Below are positions 18,910 to 27,966 of a stretch of DNA of 64,000 nt, piece by piece. The notes under the pieces were generated by a model, which was not told the DNA's origin, ran no database searches, and worked only from the letters and a program-made list of their open reading frames with translations. The position numbers and the translations under genes were made by a program. The DNA comes from Acidobacteriota bacterium. GTDB lineage: Bacteria > Acidobacteriota > CAIWXX01. Within the stretch, counting starts at the first letter, position 1, and each line of letters begins with the position of its first letter. The stretch spans positions 96,001-160,000 of the forward strand of contig JBFMAF010000043.1 in assembly GCA_040755995.1 (NCBI GenBank), given 5' to 3'.

Positions 18910-20217
18910 CTAGTCGACGTACCCGAGCGCCCGCATCGCCTCTTCGAGCTCCACATCCGGCCGTTCCTGCCTCGGCCGCGCGGTTGAGAGGTCGAACTTG
19001 CGCAATTCCGCCATCAGGTCGTCGTAGCCGCCTCTGCTCGCCAGGTTGTGGTGCTCGCGGGGGTCGGCCGTCAGGTTGTAGTACTCCGTTCGCTCCGACT
19101 GCGGCGCGAAGATAAGTTTGCGCCTGTCCTTGATGATCGCGAAGAGCGCATCTTCGTTCTTGGCGAGCGGGTGAAGCGTCTCCGCGTAGCATGGCCTGTC
19201 AGCGTGTTCCTCTTTTCTCATGACCGGCAACAGGCTCCGTCCATCAACTCCTTCGATTGGCGGCGTTCCCATCGCGTCCAGAACCGTCGGAGGGACGTCT
19301 ACCGTTCGCACGAACGTGTCGACGCTGAGCCCGGCGGGAACGCCGGCCCCATTCATTATCAACGGCACGCGCAGCTGTTCCTGGTAGAGCGCGCCGCCGT
19401 GCCGGCCGTAGCCGTGGTCCCCCAGACCTTGCCCGTGGTCGGCAAGGACCACAACCAGCGTCTTGGGCCTCCCGAGGATGGAACGGGCCCGGCTGAAGAA
19501 ATCCTTCAACTGCGAATCCATCCAGGCGATCTCGCAGTCGTAGCGTCTCAGCCAGTCCTCACCGCGCGAATTGCCCTGGCATTCCGCGACGAATTCCTTC
19601 GGCGGGACCAGCTGCGAGTCGTGTGCGTCGAACAGGTGGATGAAGATGAAACTCCTGTACGGTTTCTGCGCACTCAGCCAGTCCAGGCACGCCGAGAGCG
19701 TCCGGTCTGCTCTCCGCTGCCTCCGGATCACCGCCGGGTCGCTGCCCTCCGGGGTCTTCTCATGGGCAAGGAATTCCTCATCCCAGTGGTCGAACCCTCG
19801 ATTCAATCCGTAGATGCGGCTTTGGAGAGACTGTCCACTGACGAATGCGGCGGTCACGAATCCGCGCTCCTTCAGCGCCTCGGGCAGCGTCTTGACTCGC
19901 TGATTCAGGCGTATTTCAGCGAAACCATACAAGAACCGGACCCCGTGGCGGGGCGGATAGAGCCCCGTGAGGATGGAGGCGTGTGAGGCCGAAGTGAATG
20001 ATGAACAGGTGATCGCGTTGCGGAACATGGTCCCGCCGGCAGCCAGGCTGTCCAGAAAGGGCGTCCGCGCAAGGTCGTACCCGTAGCACCCGGTCCGATC
20101 GGCTCGCACCGTGTCCAGGCTCACCAGGAAGACCACGGTTCTGGTGTTTGCCCAATACACCGCAACCATCGAACCGGACAGCAGCATAAGAGCCGCTGCG
20201 GCCCACCATGCTCTCAT
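18910..20217 (-). CDS. Sulfatase-like hydrolase (alkaline phosphatase superfamily), exported
   Basis: LVSLDTVRAD, TSASHASILTG.YP..HG, HLFDAH, ADHG, LYQEQLRVPL; N-terminal signal/TM segment. Confidence 0.85.
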   Translation of the reverse strand: MRAWWAAAALMLLSGSMVAVYWANTRTVVFLVSLDTVRADRTGCYGYDLARTPFLDSLAAGGTMFRNAITCSSFTSASHASILTGLYPPRHGVRFLYGFAEIRLNQRVKTLPEALKERGFVTAAFVSGQSLQSRIYGLNRGFDHWDEEFLAHEKTPEGSDPAVIRRQRRADRTLSACLDWLSAQKPYRSFIFIHLFDAHDSQLVPPKEFVAECQGNSRGEDWLRRYDCEIAWMDSQLKDFFSRARSILGRPKTLVVVLADHGQGLGDHGYGRHGGALYQEQLRVPLIMNGAGVPAGLSVDTFVRTVDVPPTVLDAMGTPPIEGVDGRSLLPVMRKEEHADRPCYAETLHPLAKNEDALFAIIKDRRKLIFAPQSERTEYYNLTADPREHHNLASRGGYDDLMAELRKFDLSTARPRQERPDVELEEAMRALGYVD

Positions 20218-22313
20218 GCCGAGCCATCCATCACGACTATCACATGCACCTGCTTTGGTCCGTGTGCACCGATTGTCAGCGTCTGCTCGATGTCGCCCGT
20301 GCGACTGGGCCCGGTGATGAACGTGATCGCGCTCGGCCAGCCCCGCCGGCGGTAGTCGGGCGCCCGCGTAGCGACCCACTCGGCCAGCGTACCGAACAGG
20401 CGTCCGGCACGTACAAGCGCGATGTGAACCGGCGGGAGCCCGCTCACGAGCCTGGGATCGCCCGGCGCTGATACGAGCACCATAGTCCCGGTCGACGCAA
20501 TCGCTCCGTCGGCCGCGGTCACGCCGACCCCGGCGCTTGCCATCTCAGAACGCGTCTTCGCGGGGTCTCTCTGGCTGAACGTCATCGCAACTTCAACGTT
20601 CGCGGCGCGAAGAACTCCTTCGACACCAGCGTCGGCCAGAAGCTCGTCCTCGGCGCACACGACGCGGCGCGCTTCTCCTACGATCGCCAGCACAAGACCG
20701 GCCGCCTCCTCCAAGTCCTTCGCGACGTATCCGCATCCACCCACCTTCTCCAGCTCGGAGATGAACCTCCGGGCCAACTCGCCCGCGTCGCTCCCCAAAC
20801 CCGGCGCCACAAGATGCTGCTCTTTGTCCTCGGGTGGCCGAGAGGCCGGCTCTACTCGGCCACCCTCGCCGCGACTCCATGCAATCCCGCCGGCTGGAGA
20901 GGCCTCGCCCTCGATCTCCTCCGCCCACCTCTCGTGGAACGTGCGTTCTGCCACCGGCGGGAACTCGCGATGGTCGGTCCATCGTGACAGGGGCCACGGC
21001 AGGTGACGCAGTCCGCGCCCTCGCCTGAACGCCCGTTGGACGACACGCGCGAAACCGACCGAACGCTCATAGAGCCACGGCTGGCTCAGGACGATGCTGC
21101 TGAGCTTGAAGCCGAGCCTCTCCAGAATCCCGGCCCTGCCTTGTCGCACCCCCTCGCTGCGTTCATCCAGCAGCAGCCGCGGCAGGTCGACCTTGACCGG
21201 GCACGCGTCCCGGCAGGCCGCGCACAACGACGACGCGTGCGGCAGATCGAAGAACGACTCGAACCCCTCCAGAAGCGGCGTCAACACGGCGCCGATCGGA
21301 CCGCCGTAGGCCGCGCCGTAAGCGTGCCCGCCGGCCCGTCGATACACCGGACACGCATTCAGACAACTGCCGCAACGGATGCACAAGAGGGCCTCGCGGA
21401 ACGGGCCCTCGCGGATCCGCGACCGGCCGTTGTCGAGAATCACAAGATGGAATGCCTCCGGACCGTCCGCCTCGCCGGGCCTGCGAGGCCCGGTGACGGC
21501 CGAGACGTACGAGCTCATCTTCTGGCCCGTGGCGCTGCGCGCCAGGAGCTCGAGCATCGTCGCGAGCTCGTCCCAGGTCGACACGAGACGCTCCATTCCC
21601 ATCACGGCGACGTGCACGCGAGGAAGCCCCGTGACGAAACGCCCGTTGCCCTCGTTTGTGACGATCACGACTGTGCCGCTCTCGGCCACGGCGAAGTTGA
21701 CCCCCGAGATCCCGATGTCCGCGCCGAGGAACGCCTGCCGCAGCTCGCGCCGGGCGACGGCCGTCAAAGTCGAGATATCGTCTGCCGGCACGCGCTGCCC
21801 GGTCTTCGCCGAGAACAGCTCCGCCACCTCCTCCTTCGACTTGTGCAGCGCCGGCGCGATGATGTGGTAGGGGCGATCGCCCGCAAGCTGTATGATCCAC
21901 TCTCCGAGATCGGTCTCGACGACATCGATTCCGGCCGCGCCGAGGGCTTCGTTGAGCCGGATCTCCTCGGACACCATGCTCTTGGACTTGACCGCCGCTC
22001 GACACCGATGCCTGCGGGCGATGTCTACCACGATGCGGCATGCCTCGGCTGCATCGGCCGCGAGGTGCACGTGGCCGGCGCTGGACCTGACCCGCTCCGC
22101 CAGCGTCGTGAGGTGCACGTCCAGATTCGCAATAGCCGATTCGCGGATCGACCGGGCCGCCGTGCGAAGAGCATCGATCGCCGGCAGCTCGCGCCATTCG
22201 CGCTCGCGACCCTCACGGAATCGATCGGTGGCGGATGCGAGGTAGGCCTGAGTGCGGGCGTCGGCGAGAATCCCCGAGGCGCGGCGGCGAAAGGTGGAGG
22301 GAAGGAAACTCAC
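20214..22313 (-). CDS. lutB: LutB/LldF Fe-S lactate-utilisation protein fused to a C-terminal LutC/LUD domain
   Basis: KSKSM, ETDLGE, TNEGNG, CIRCGSCLNACP, CAACRDACP; tail FITGPSRTGDIEQTLTIGAHGP is LutC-like. Confidence 0.88.
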   Translation of the reverse strand: MSFLPSTFRRRASGILADARTQAYLASATDRFREGREREWRELPAIDALRTAARSIRESAIANLDVHLTTLAERVRSSAGHVHLAADAAEACRIVVDIARRHRCRAAVKSKSMVSEEIRLNEALGAAGIDVVETDLGEWIIQLAGDRPYHIIAPALHKSKEEVAELFSAKTGQRVPADDISTLTAVARRELRQAFLGADIGISGVNFAVAESGTVVIVTNEGNGRFVTGLPRVHVAVMGMERLVSTWDELATMLELLARSATGQKMSSYVSAVTGPRRPGEADGPEAFHLVILDNGRSRIREGPFREALLCIRCGSCLNACPVYRRAGGHAYGAAYGGPIGAVLTPLLEGFESFFDLPHASSLCAACRDACPVKVDLPRLLLDERSEGVRQGRAGILERLGFKLSSIVLSQPWLYERSVGFARVVQRAFRRGRGLRHLPWPLSRWTDHREFPPVAERTFHERWAEEIEGEASPAGGIAWSRGEGGRVEPASRPPEDKEQHLVAPGLGSDAGELARRFISELEKVGGCGYVAKDLEEAAGLVLAIVGEARRVVCAEDELLADAGVEGVLRAANVEVAMTFSQRDPAKTRSEMASAGVGVTAADGAIASTGTMVLVSAPGDPRLVSGLPPVHIALVRAGRLFGTLAEWVATRAPDYRRRGWPSAITFITGPSRTGDIEQTLTIGAHGPKQVHVIVVMDGSA

Positions 22314-23071
22314 TCCGTCCACCTGCTAAGTGCGCCGTCGAGCACCTGGGCCAGGTGCAGGACCGGAAGCTCGATCCCGGCGCGGCTCATGGCTCCACGG
22401 ATCTGCATCGCGCAGCCCGTGTCGTTGACCACTATCGCGTCCGCTCCCGTGTCGCGGATGCACCGCAGCTTGTCAGCGACCATGCTGCTGCTTATCTCCG
22501 GCTGCCGGATGCTGAAAGCGCCTCCAAACCCGCAGCACTGATCTGACCTCTCCATTTCGACGACTTCGATTCCCGAGCAGAGACGCAGCAGCGTCCTCGG
22601 CTCATCATGAACCCCGAGCCCGCGATTCAGATGGCAGGAGTCATGGATGGTGATCTTCGCCGGGTAGCGGCCATCGATGCTGCTGACCTTCAGAACATTG
22701 GCCAGGAAGCAGCTGAACTCGAATGTGCGAGCTGCTATCGCGCGCGCACGCGGTTCCCACGTGGGATCACCCGCGAACAGGCGCGGGTACTCGTGGGAGA
22801 CCATGAGGGCGCAGGAGCCCGATGGAGCCACGATCAGGTCGGATGGGCCAAGGCGCCGTTCGAAGGCGGAGATGAAGCGTCGCGCGATCCGTCGAGCCTC
22901 CGGTACGTGGCCGTTGTTGAAAGCCGGCTGCCCGCAGCAGATCTGGTCTCTTGGGAAGATGACGCGAAGCCCCGCCCGCCTGAGAACGCGGACCAGCGAG
23001 ACGCCGATCTCGGGTGCGAAAAGATCCGCAAGGCACGTTATGAAGACCGCAACGGCCCCAGGCGTTTCCAT
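22310..23071 (-). CDS. lutA: LutA/LldE CCG-domain Fe-S protein
   Basis: FITCLAD, QICCGQP, SGSC, HDSCH, CCGFGG, GCAMQI. Confidence 0.9.
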   Translation of the reverse strand: METPGAVAVFITCLADLFAPEIGVSLVRVLRRAGLRVIFPRDQICCGQPAFNNGHVPEARRIARRFISAFERRLGPSDLIVAPSGSCALMVSHEYPRLFAGDPTWEPRARAIAARTFEFSCFLANVLKVSSIDGRYPAKITIHDSCHLNRGLGVHDEPRTLLRLCSGIEVVEMERSDQCCGFGGAFSIRQPEISSSMVADKLRCIRDTGADAIVVNDTGCAMQIRGAMSRAGIELPVLHLAQVLDGALSRWTE

Positions 23072-23082
23072 GTGCCAGCGAC

Positions 23083-24066
23083 TCAGCAGGCGAATCCCCT
23101 CGCCGCGCCGGCGGCGGCGCGGATGTTTGCCTCGGGTGTCGTGATCATGGTCACGCAGCCCGTACCGACGATGAGGCGTCGACCTCCTGTCTGGGCGATC
23201 GCGTCCGCGACTTCGGCGCGGACAAGCTCGGGAGTGCCCCGGTGCATCACCGTGTCGCGCGAAAGCCCGCCGCAGGCGGCTCCATTGATCTTCGATATGC
23301 CCTGCTGCAACGACGGTGGAGTCTCGCGGTCATGCCAGTTCCAGACTCGAACAGGGTAGTCATTCGTGAGATCGAAGTAGATGTCCTCACCGTGAAGGTG
23401 CAGGACGTTGAGCCACAGGTTGCGAGCCGCGTCGAGAACGCGCAGGTCGTACTCGCGGCCCGCCTCACGGAATTCATCCTGGCTGACCAACCTTGCGGTG
23501 GGGTGCTGGACGGCATAGAAGATGCCTGCCGCGCCGGTGTCGCGGATGGCGCGCACGAAAGCTACAGTGCTCTCGGTCAGGCTTTCCAGTCCTTTCCGGA
23601 AATCAACCGGAGATTGTCGCATGTCGACCAGGTGGCGGTCTCCGGCGAGGTGCTTCGCCTGCGCAAGCGGGCTGAACACGGTCTGGATGACCGGTGTGCC
23701 GGGCAGGCTCTCCACGATCCGGGCCAGGCAGCGGAGCTGATCGCCGAGCGCACCGGCATGCGCATCCAGGATGGGCAGACGCCGCCAGTCGTCCGTCGCC
23801 TGGATCGGCCTGTGAACGCACTCGCGTGTACCCTCTTCGTTGCCCTTCCAGAGATCCCTGAGGCCCAGATCCCGAGACTGGAAGTTGCTGGCCGGCGTGA
23901 CCTTGACGAAATCGAAATCCCATCGCTTCTGCCAGGCCACCGTGGCCGCGGCCAGATCCTCCGGAGCCTGATCGTCCCCCGGGAAATGACGCCAGAATGC
24001 GACGGGGAGTATGTCCGGTCTCTGTCCGCTGATCGCAGCCTCCAGGCGCTCCCGCTTGTTCATCAT
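23083..24066 (-). CDS. Uroporphyrinogen decarboxylase family protein
   Basis: RERLEAA...P...WRHF, DFVK, QTVFSP, LHLHG, IVGTGC. Confidence 0.8.
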   Translation of the reverse strand: MMNKRERLEAAISGQRPDILPVAFWRHFPGDDQAPEDLAAATVAWQKRWDFDFVKVTPASNFQSRDLGLRDLWKGNEEGTRECVHRPIQATDDWRRLPILDAHAGALGDQLRCLARIVESLPGTPVIQTVFSPLAQAKHLAGDRHLVDMRQSPVDFRKGLESLTESTVAFVRAIRDTGAAGIFYAVQHPTARLVSQDEFREAGREYDLRVLDAARNLWLNVLHLHGEDIYFDLTNDYPVRVWNWHDRETPPSLQQGISKINGAACGGLSRDTVMHRGTPELVRAEVADAIAQTGGRRLIVGTGCVTMITTPEANIRAAAGAARGFAC

Positions 24067-24158
24067 TCCCAACCCCCGTAGCAGGGAGATTACATCTCGG
24101 AACGACTCCGATTTCAAGGGGCACGAGGCTGGAATCCGCAAAGGGTGCAGGCGCTGTC

Positions 24159-24199
24159 TTGTACGGCCCGCCCGCGTACGGTATACTCATTGTAGATAC
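24159..24199 (+). promoter_or_regulatory. mazEF promoter with overlapping imperfect palindrome (putative autoregulatory operator)
   Basis: TTGTAC-N17-TATACT; GTATACTCATTGTAGATAC overlaps the -10 box. Confidence 0.6.
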
Positions 24200-24214
24200 C
24201 AAGGAGGTACGGCC

Positions 24215-24457
24215 ATGACGGCTAGAGTTCAGAAATGGGGAAACAGCCTTGCGCTGAGACTCCCCAAGGCCCTTGTGGACGAATTTCGGCTCGAGCGAGG
24301 TAGTGCTGTTGAACTGCGAGTTCTGGATGGCAAGCTCGTGATCGAGACCCACCGTCCGCCGCAGTACAGGCTCGATGATCTCCTCAAGGTGGTGTCCAAG
24401 CGTAACATCCACGCCGAGGTCAAGAGCGGCCGGCCTGTTGGCAGGGAGGCTCTGTGA
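24215..24457 (+). CDS. mazE: AbrB/MazE antitoxin
   Basis: AAGGAGG RBS; VQKWGNSLALRLP; PVGRE tail. Confidence 0.92.
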   Translation: MTARVQKWGNSLALRLPKALVDEFRLERGSAVELRVLDGKLVIETHRPPQYRLDDLLKVVSKRNIHAEVKSGRPVGREAL

Positions 24458-24798
24458 CGACATCGCTATACGTCCCCGATCGCGGGGACGTTGCATGGGT
24501 CGACTTCGACGCACAGTCAGGTCACGAACAGGCCGGCCGGCGACCGGCCCTGATTGTCTCTCCCCGATCCTACAACCAGAGAGTGGGCCTGGTGCTTCTT
24601 TGCCCGATCACCAATCAGCGTAAGGGCTATCCCTTCGAGGTGCCTCTGCCCGGGGGCCTCGAGGTAGCCGGTGTCGTGCTGGCGGACCAGATCAAGAGCA
24701 TGGATTGGCACGCGCGACATGCTGAATTTTGCTGCAAGGCACCTGCGGCGACTGTTCTTGATGTAATCGGCAAGGCGCAGTCTCTCCTCGCGTTCTGA
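24454..24798 (+). CDS. mazF: MazF/PemK endoribonuclease toxin
   Basis: YVPDRGD, GHEQAGRRPAL, CPIT..KGYPFEV, DQIKSMDW; GTGA overlap with mazE. Confidence 0.95.
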   Translation: MTTSLYVPDRGDVAWVDFDAQSGHEQAGRRPALIVSPRSYNQRVGLVLLCPITNQRKGYPFEVPLPGGLEVAGVVLADQIKSMDWHARHAEFCCKAPAATVLDVIGKAQSLLAF

Positions 24799-24923
24799 AG
24801 CCTGACACAACCCTCGGGCTCGAAGCGGGCCGGTGCGTCCAACCCAGGGACGCGGTATCATGCTGGTGGTACACGTGCGAGCTGGCAACTGATATCATCG
24901 GAATCAAGCAGGGTGAATACGAG

Positions 24924-25592
24924 ATGAGAAGTGTTTCAGTGCGCGTGGTAGTTCCGGGAATCGCGGCGGGGTGGGTGATGGCCGAGGGCTGCCGGGTGGA
25001 GACATCCGGCGGAGCCCTGCTGGACGAGATGCGAGCCGTCCTCGCGCGGGCGATCGAGTCGAAGGATTCACCGCTGAGCCTGTCGAGGAAGGATGCGGCG
25101 AGGGATATGCTTCGGTTCGGCAAGTACAAGCCCACGGGAAGAGGCAAGCCTGCCAGCGAGTATCTGCTCAATGCGGCAGTCGAAGGCCGGTTTCCGGCCA
25201 TCAACAACCTTGTGGACATCAACAACCTGGTGTCGGTGGAATTCCTGCTGCCTATCTCGGTTGTGGACGTCGATCGCGCCGGCAGTCGCGCGTTTGACAT
25301 CCGTCGAGGCAGAGCAGGGGAGGAGTACATCTTCAATCCATCGGGCCAGGTGCTGGCGCTGCAGGACCTGCTGCTGACCTCGAAACTCCCGGAGGACGTT
25401 CCCTGCGCGAGCCCGATCAGGGATTGCCAGGCCACCAAGACCCATGATGGAACCCGCGAGGTTCTTGCGATCATCTACGCGCCGGCGTCGCAGGCGCACA
25501 CCGCCAAACAGGCAGCTGCGCGAATGGCGAGCCTGATGGTGCAGTTCTGCGGAGCTTCGGCCGAGTCGGGCTTGGCGGAGTACTCTGGCTGA
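24924..25592 (+). CDS. Stand-alone B3/B4 (PheT editing-like) domain protein
   Basis: YKPTGRGKPASEYL, INNLVDINNLVS, LPISVVD. Confidence 0.85.
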   Translation: MRSVSVRVVVPGIAAGWVMAEGCRVETSGGALLDEMRAVLARAIESKDSPLSLSRKDAARDMLRFGKYKPTGRGKPASEYLLNAAVEGRFPAINNLVDINNLVSVEFLLPISVVDVDRAGSRAFDIRRGRAGEEYIFNPSGQVLALQDLLLTSKLPEDVPCASPIRDCQATKTHDGTREVLAIIYAPASQAHTAKQAAARMASLMVQFCGASAESGLAEYSG

Positions 25593-25695
25593 CAGAGCAT
25601 CGGGTTCGGTCTTCGGCTCGACTAGTAGGCACGGCGCGAACCGAAGCGCACCCGCCTACCCGGTTTCGGTGATTGACCAGCCTCTCAGGCGCATT

Positions 25696-26835
25696 TCAGA
25701 ACCTAGGCAGCGGGAACCGGGGTGGTGGACGGGGTCCTGGCTTGTATGCCTGTGAATCGAAAATCTCCTGCAATTCTGGCTCCATCGATGGGATCTCCAC
25801 GGCGGGCACATCGATGCCGACCGTCAGAAGGGCATCCCGTCTCAAGTAGATGCCACACCAGGTTTCCCAGCTCGCGCCCTCGATGGTGTACCTCACACGA
25901 ACGAACCGCCGACCCTGCTCGTCCTCGATCGAAGTGTTCGAGGCGACATCGATCGGCGTGCCGTTGTCCCCCATGTCTCTTATGAGCGATTCGGCCATGG
26001 CTTCCAGATCCACCCAGGTTCCCTCAGGGATCTCCTCGACCCACACCACGAGGTGCGCCAAATAGCGGAGGTTGAAGGCGGAGCGGTCTGCATCAGGATA
26101 GTTCCGCGTGATCCATCCACTTGGGCGCAGATACCAATCAGCCCCCGGCAAGGAAATGGTATACCGTGCAGCATCCCCATCTACTCGGTTTGTTGGATTG
26201 CACACGATTTCCCCCATGAGAAAAAGGTGCCACCTGGTCATACCGATTGGGTTTGCCACCCATAGGATCTCCACCGATAAACAGGGCAACAGCACGGCGC
26301 CGGCCTCTACGAGCCTCAGAGGACTTGCAGAGTTGATAAGCAACAACAAGAGCCCCAACGATTCACCGACTTGAAGAGTCAACGTGAGGTAGTCTTGATC
26401 CGCCAGCGAGTAGCCGCCCACGATGAGGGTCTGGAGGACAACTACGCCCCGTGCCCACCAGATAGCGCGACGATAGTTCGCAACCAGTAACGCGCCCGCA
26501 GTCAAATTGGCAACGGCAAGTGCAATCACAAGGAGCTTCATGAAATCCGTGACAATCGACCCGTGACCGGGCCCCTGCAGGATCATCAGCAAGCCGAGGA
26601 GAGCAAGCACGGCGCCGCCGGCGGGGACGCCGAAATGGAGGCCCGCTGTACTGGAAGATGCCACCTCTGATTCCGTTGTGGCGGGAATGGGGGGCGTCGG
26701 CAGAGGCGCCTCAGTCCCATCAATGGCTGCATTGCACCGGGGGCACCTGCCGTCCGGTCGAGCGGAATGCTTCAGAGTGCAACTAGGACACTGAACCCAC
26801 TCTGTCATTCCGTCTCGTGCCTGCGTGGTGTTCAT
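25696..26835 (-). CDS. Hypothetical membrane protein with N-terminal Zn-ribbon
   Basis: CPSC...CPRC, Pro-rich linker, about five TM segments, soluble C-terminal domain; start uncertain. Confidence 0.6.
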   Translation of the reverse strand: MNTTQARDGMTEWVQCPSCTLKHSARPDGRCPRCNAAIDGTEAPLPTPPIPATTESEVASSSTAGLHFGVPAGGAVLALLGLLMILQGPGHGSIVTDFMKLLVIALAVANLTAGALLVANYRRAIWWARGVVVLQTLIVGGYSLADQDYLTLTLQVGESLGLLLLLINSASPLRLVEAGAVLLPCLSVEILWVANPIGMTRWHLFLMGEIVCNPTNRVDGDAARYTISLPGADWYLRPSGWITRNYPDADRSAFNLRYLAHLVVWVEEIPEGTWVDLEAMAESLIRDMGDNGTPIDVASNTSIEDEQGRRFVRVRYTIEGASWETWCGIYLRRDALLTVGIDVPAVEIPSMEPELQEIFDSQAYKPGPRPPPRFPLPRF

Positions 26836-26866
26836 TGACCGATCGGCCCGTGGTCCAGGGTGGTGA

Positions 26867-27760
26867 CTACTCGCTACCCGGTTGAGCTTGGCGATCTGCG
26901 AGGAACTCATCCAGAAAGCCTCCCAGTGCCAACTGCGCCTCCGGGCTCACAGTCAAGCCGCCCGAGTTGTGATATCCCACGAGTCGTGCGAACCGCTTGG
27001 GCTCGTTGGAGGCCTTGAACAGGGCTTCGCCCATCCAGAACGGGACGATGTCATCATCGGGGCTGTGGACGATCAAGACCGGGCAATGGACCTGGGACAA
27101 CTTTGCGATCGAATCGTATCGAATTCGCAGCAAGAGGCTGGAGGGCAACCAAGGGTAATGATGCCGGGCCATGTCCCGCACGCTGGTTAGCGTAGATTCG
27201 AGGAGAAGGGCACCAGGTGGTTGCCGGACTGCGCACTCCACCGCCACACCTCCACCAAGTGATTCGCCGTGGTAGACAATCCGGGCGCGCGGGATGCCTC
27301 TCTCGCGCACAACGTGCTCGACGGCCGCTTCCATGTCGCTGTAGGTCCCCTCCTCACCGGGCTTGCCTTCGCTCGTTCCGTATCCACGGTAGTCGAATGC
27401 CATGACCGACAGGCCCAGAGCATTGAACAACCGGAGGTGATCCAGCCGGTCTGAGATGTTGCCGCCGTTGCCATGGGCAAACACGAGCGCGACGCGGGCT
27501 TTCTCGGCCGGGACCCACCACGCCCCCAGCGCGACTCCGTCGCTCGTCTTCAGCAGAACGTCCTCGTACGCCAGCCCGACGAACTGCGGCGTGGCGCGAA
27601 TCGTGGCGTCGGGAAAATAGACGAAGGATTCCTGTCTCAAGTACATGTATGCCAGCAGCCCCACGAATCCGATCAGGAGCAGCAAAGCGACGCGAAGCAT
27701 CATCTTCAGGAACGCGTTCAGAACGTCACTCTCACTCGGATGTTTCGCTTCACTCATCAC
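26867..27760 (-). CDS. Alpha/beta hydrolase (ABHD13/Bem46-like) with N-terminal TM
   Basis: HGNGGN, DYRGYG, GESLGG, D-IVP, GYHN; start uncertain. Confidence 0.9.
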   Translation of the reverse strand: MMSEAKHPSESDVLNAFLKMMLRVALLLLIGFVGLLAYMYLRQESFVYFPDATIRATPQFVGLAYEDVLLKTSDGVALGAWWVPAEKARVALVFAHGNGGNISDRLDHLRLFNALGLSVMAFDYRGYGTSEGKPGEEGTYSDMEAAVEHVVRERGIPRARIVYHGESLGGGVAVECAVRQPPGALLLESTLTSVRDMARHHYPWLPSSLLLRIRYDSIAKLSQVHCPVLIVHSPDDDIVPFWMGEALFKASNEPKRFARLVGYHNSGGLTVSPEAQLALGGFLDEFLADRQAQPGSE

Positions 27761-27966
27761 CCTCGCAACCCGCGCTTGCGAGAACAGAAGTTAGCACACT
27801 GCGCATATCGATCCAAGTCGCGCGGGATCGCGGCCCAGTCGGCAGGTTGCAGGCCTATGTCGCAGCGAGCTTGCGTTGGCCGCTCTCGCATGCCATCCTA
27901 TCGCGATGTTCACATGAGCACGAGATCGAATCAGGCCGGCGTGCCGGGGTGAAGAGGAGCGGTAAC

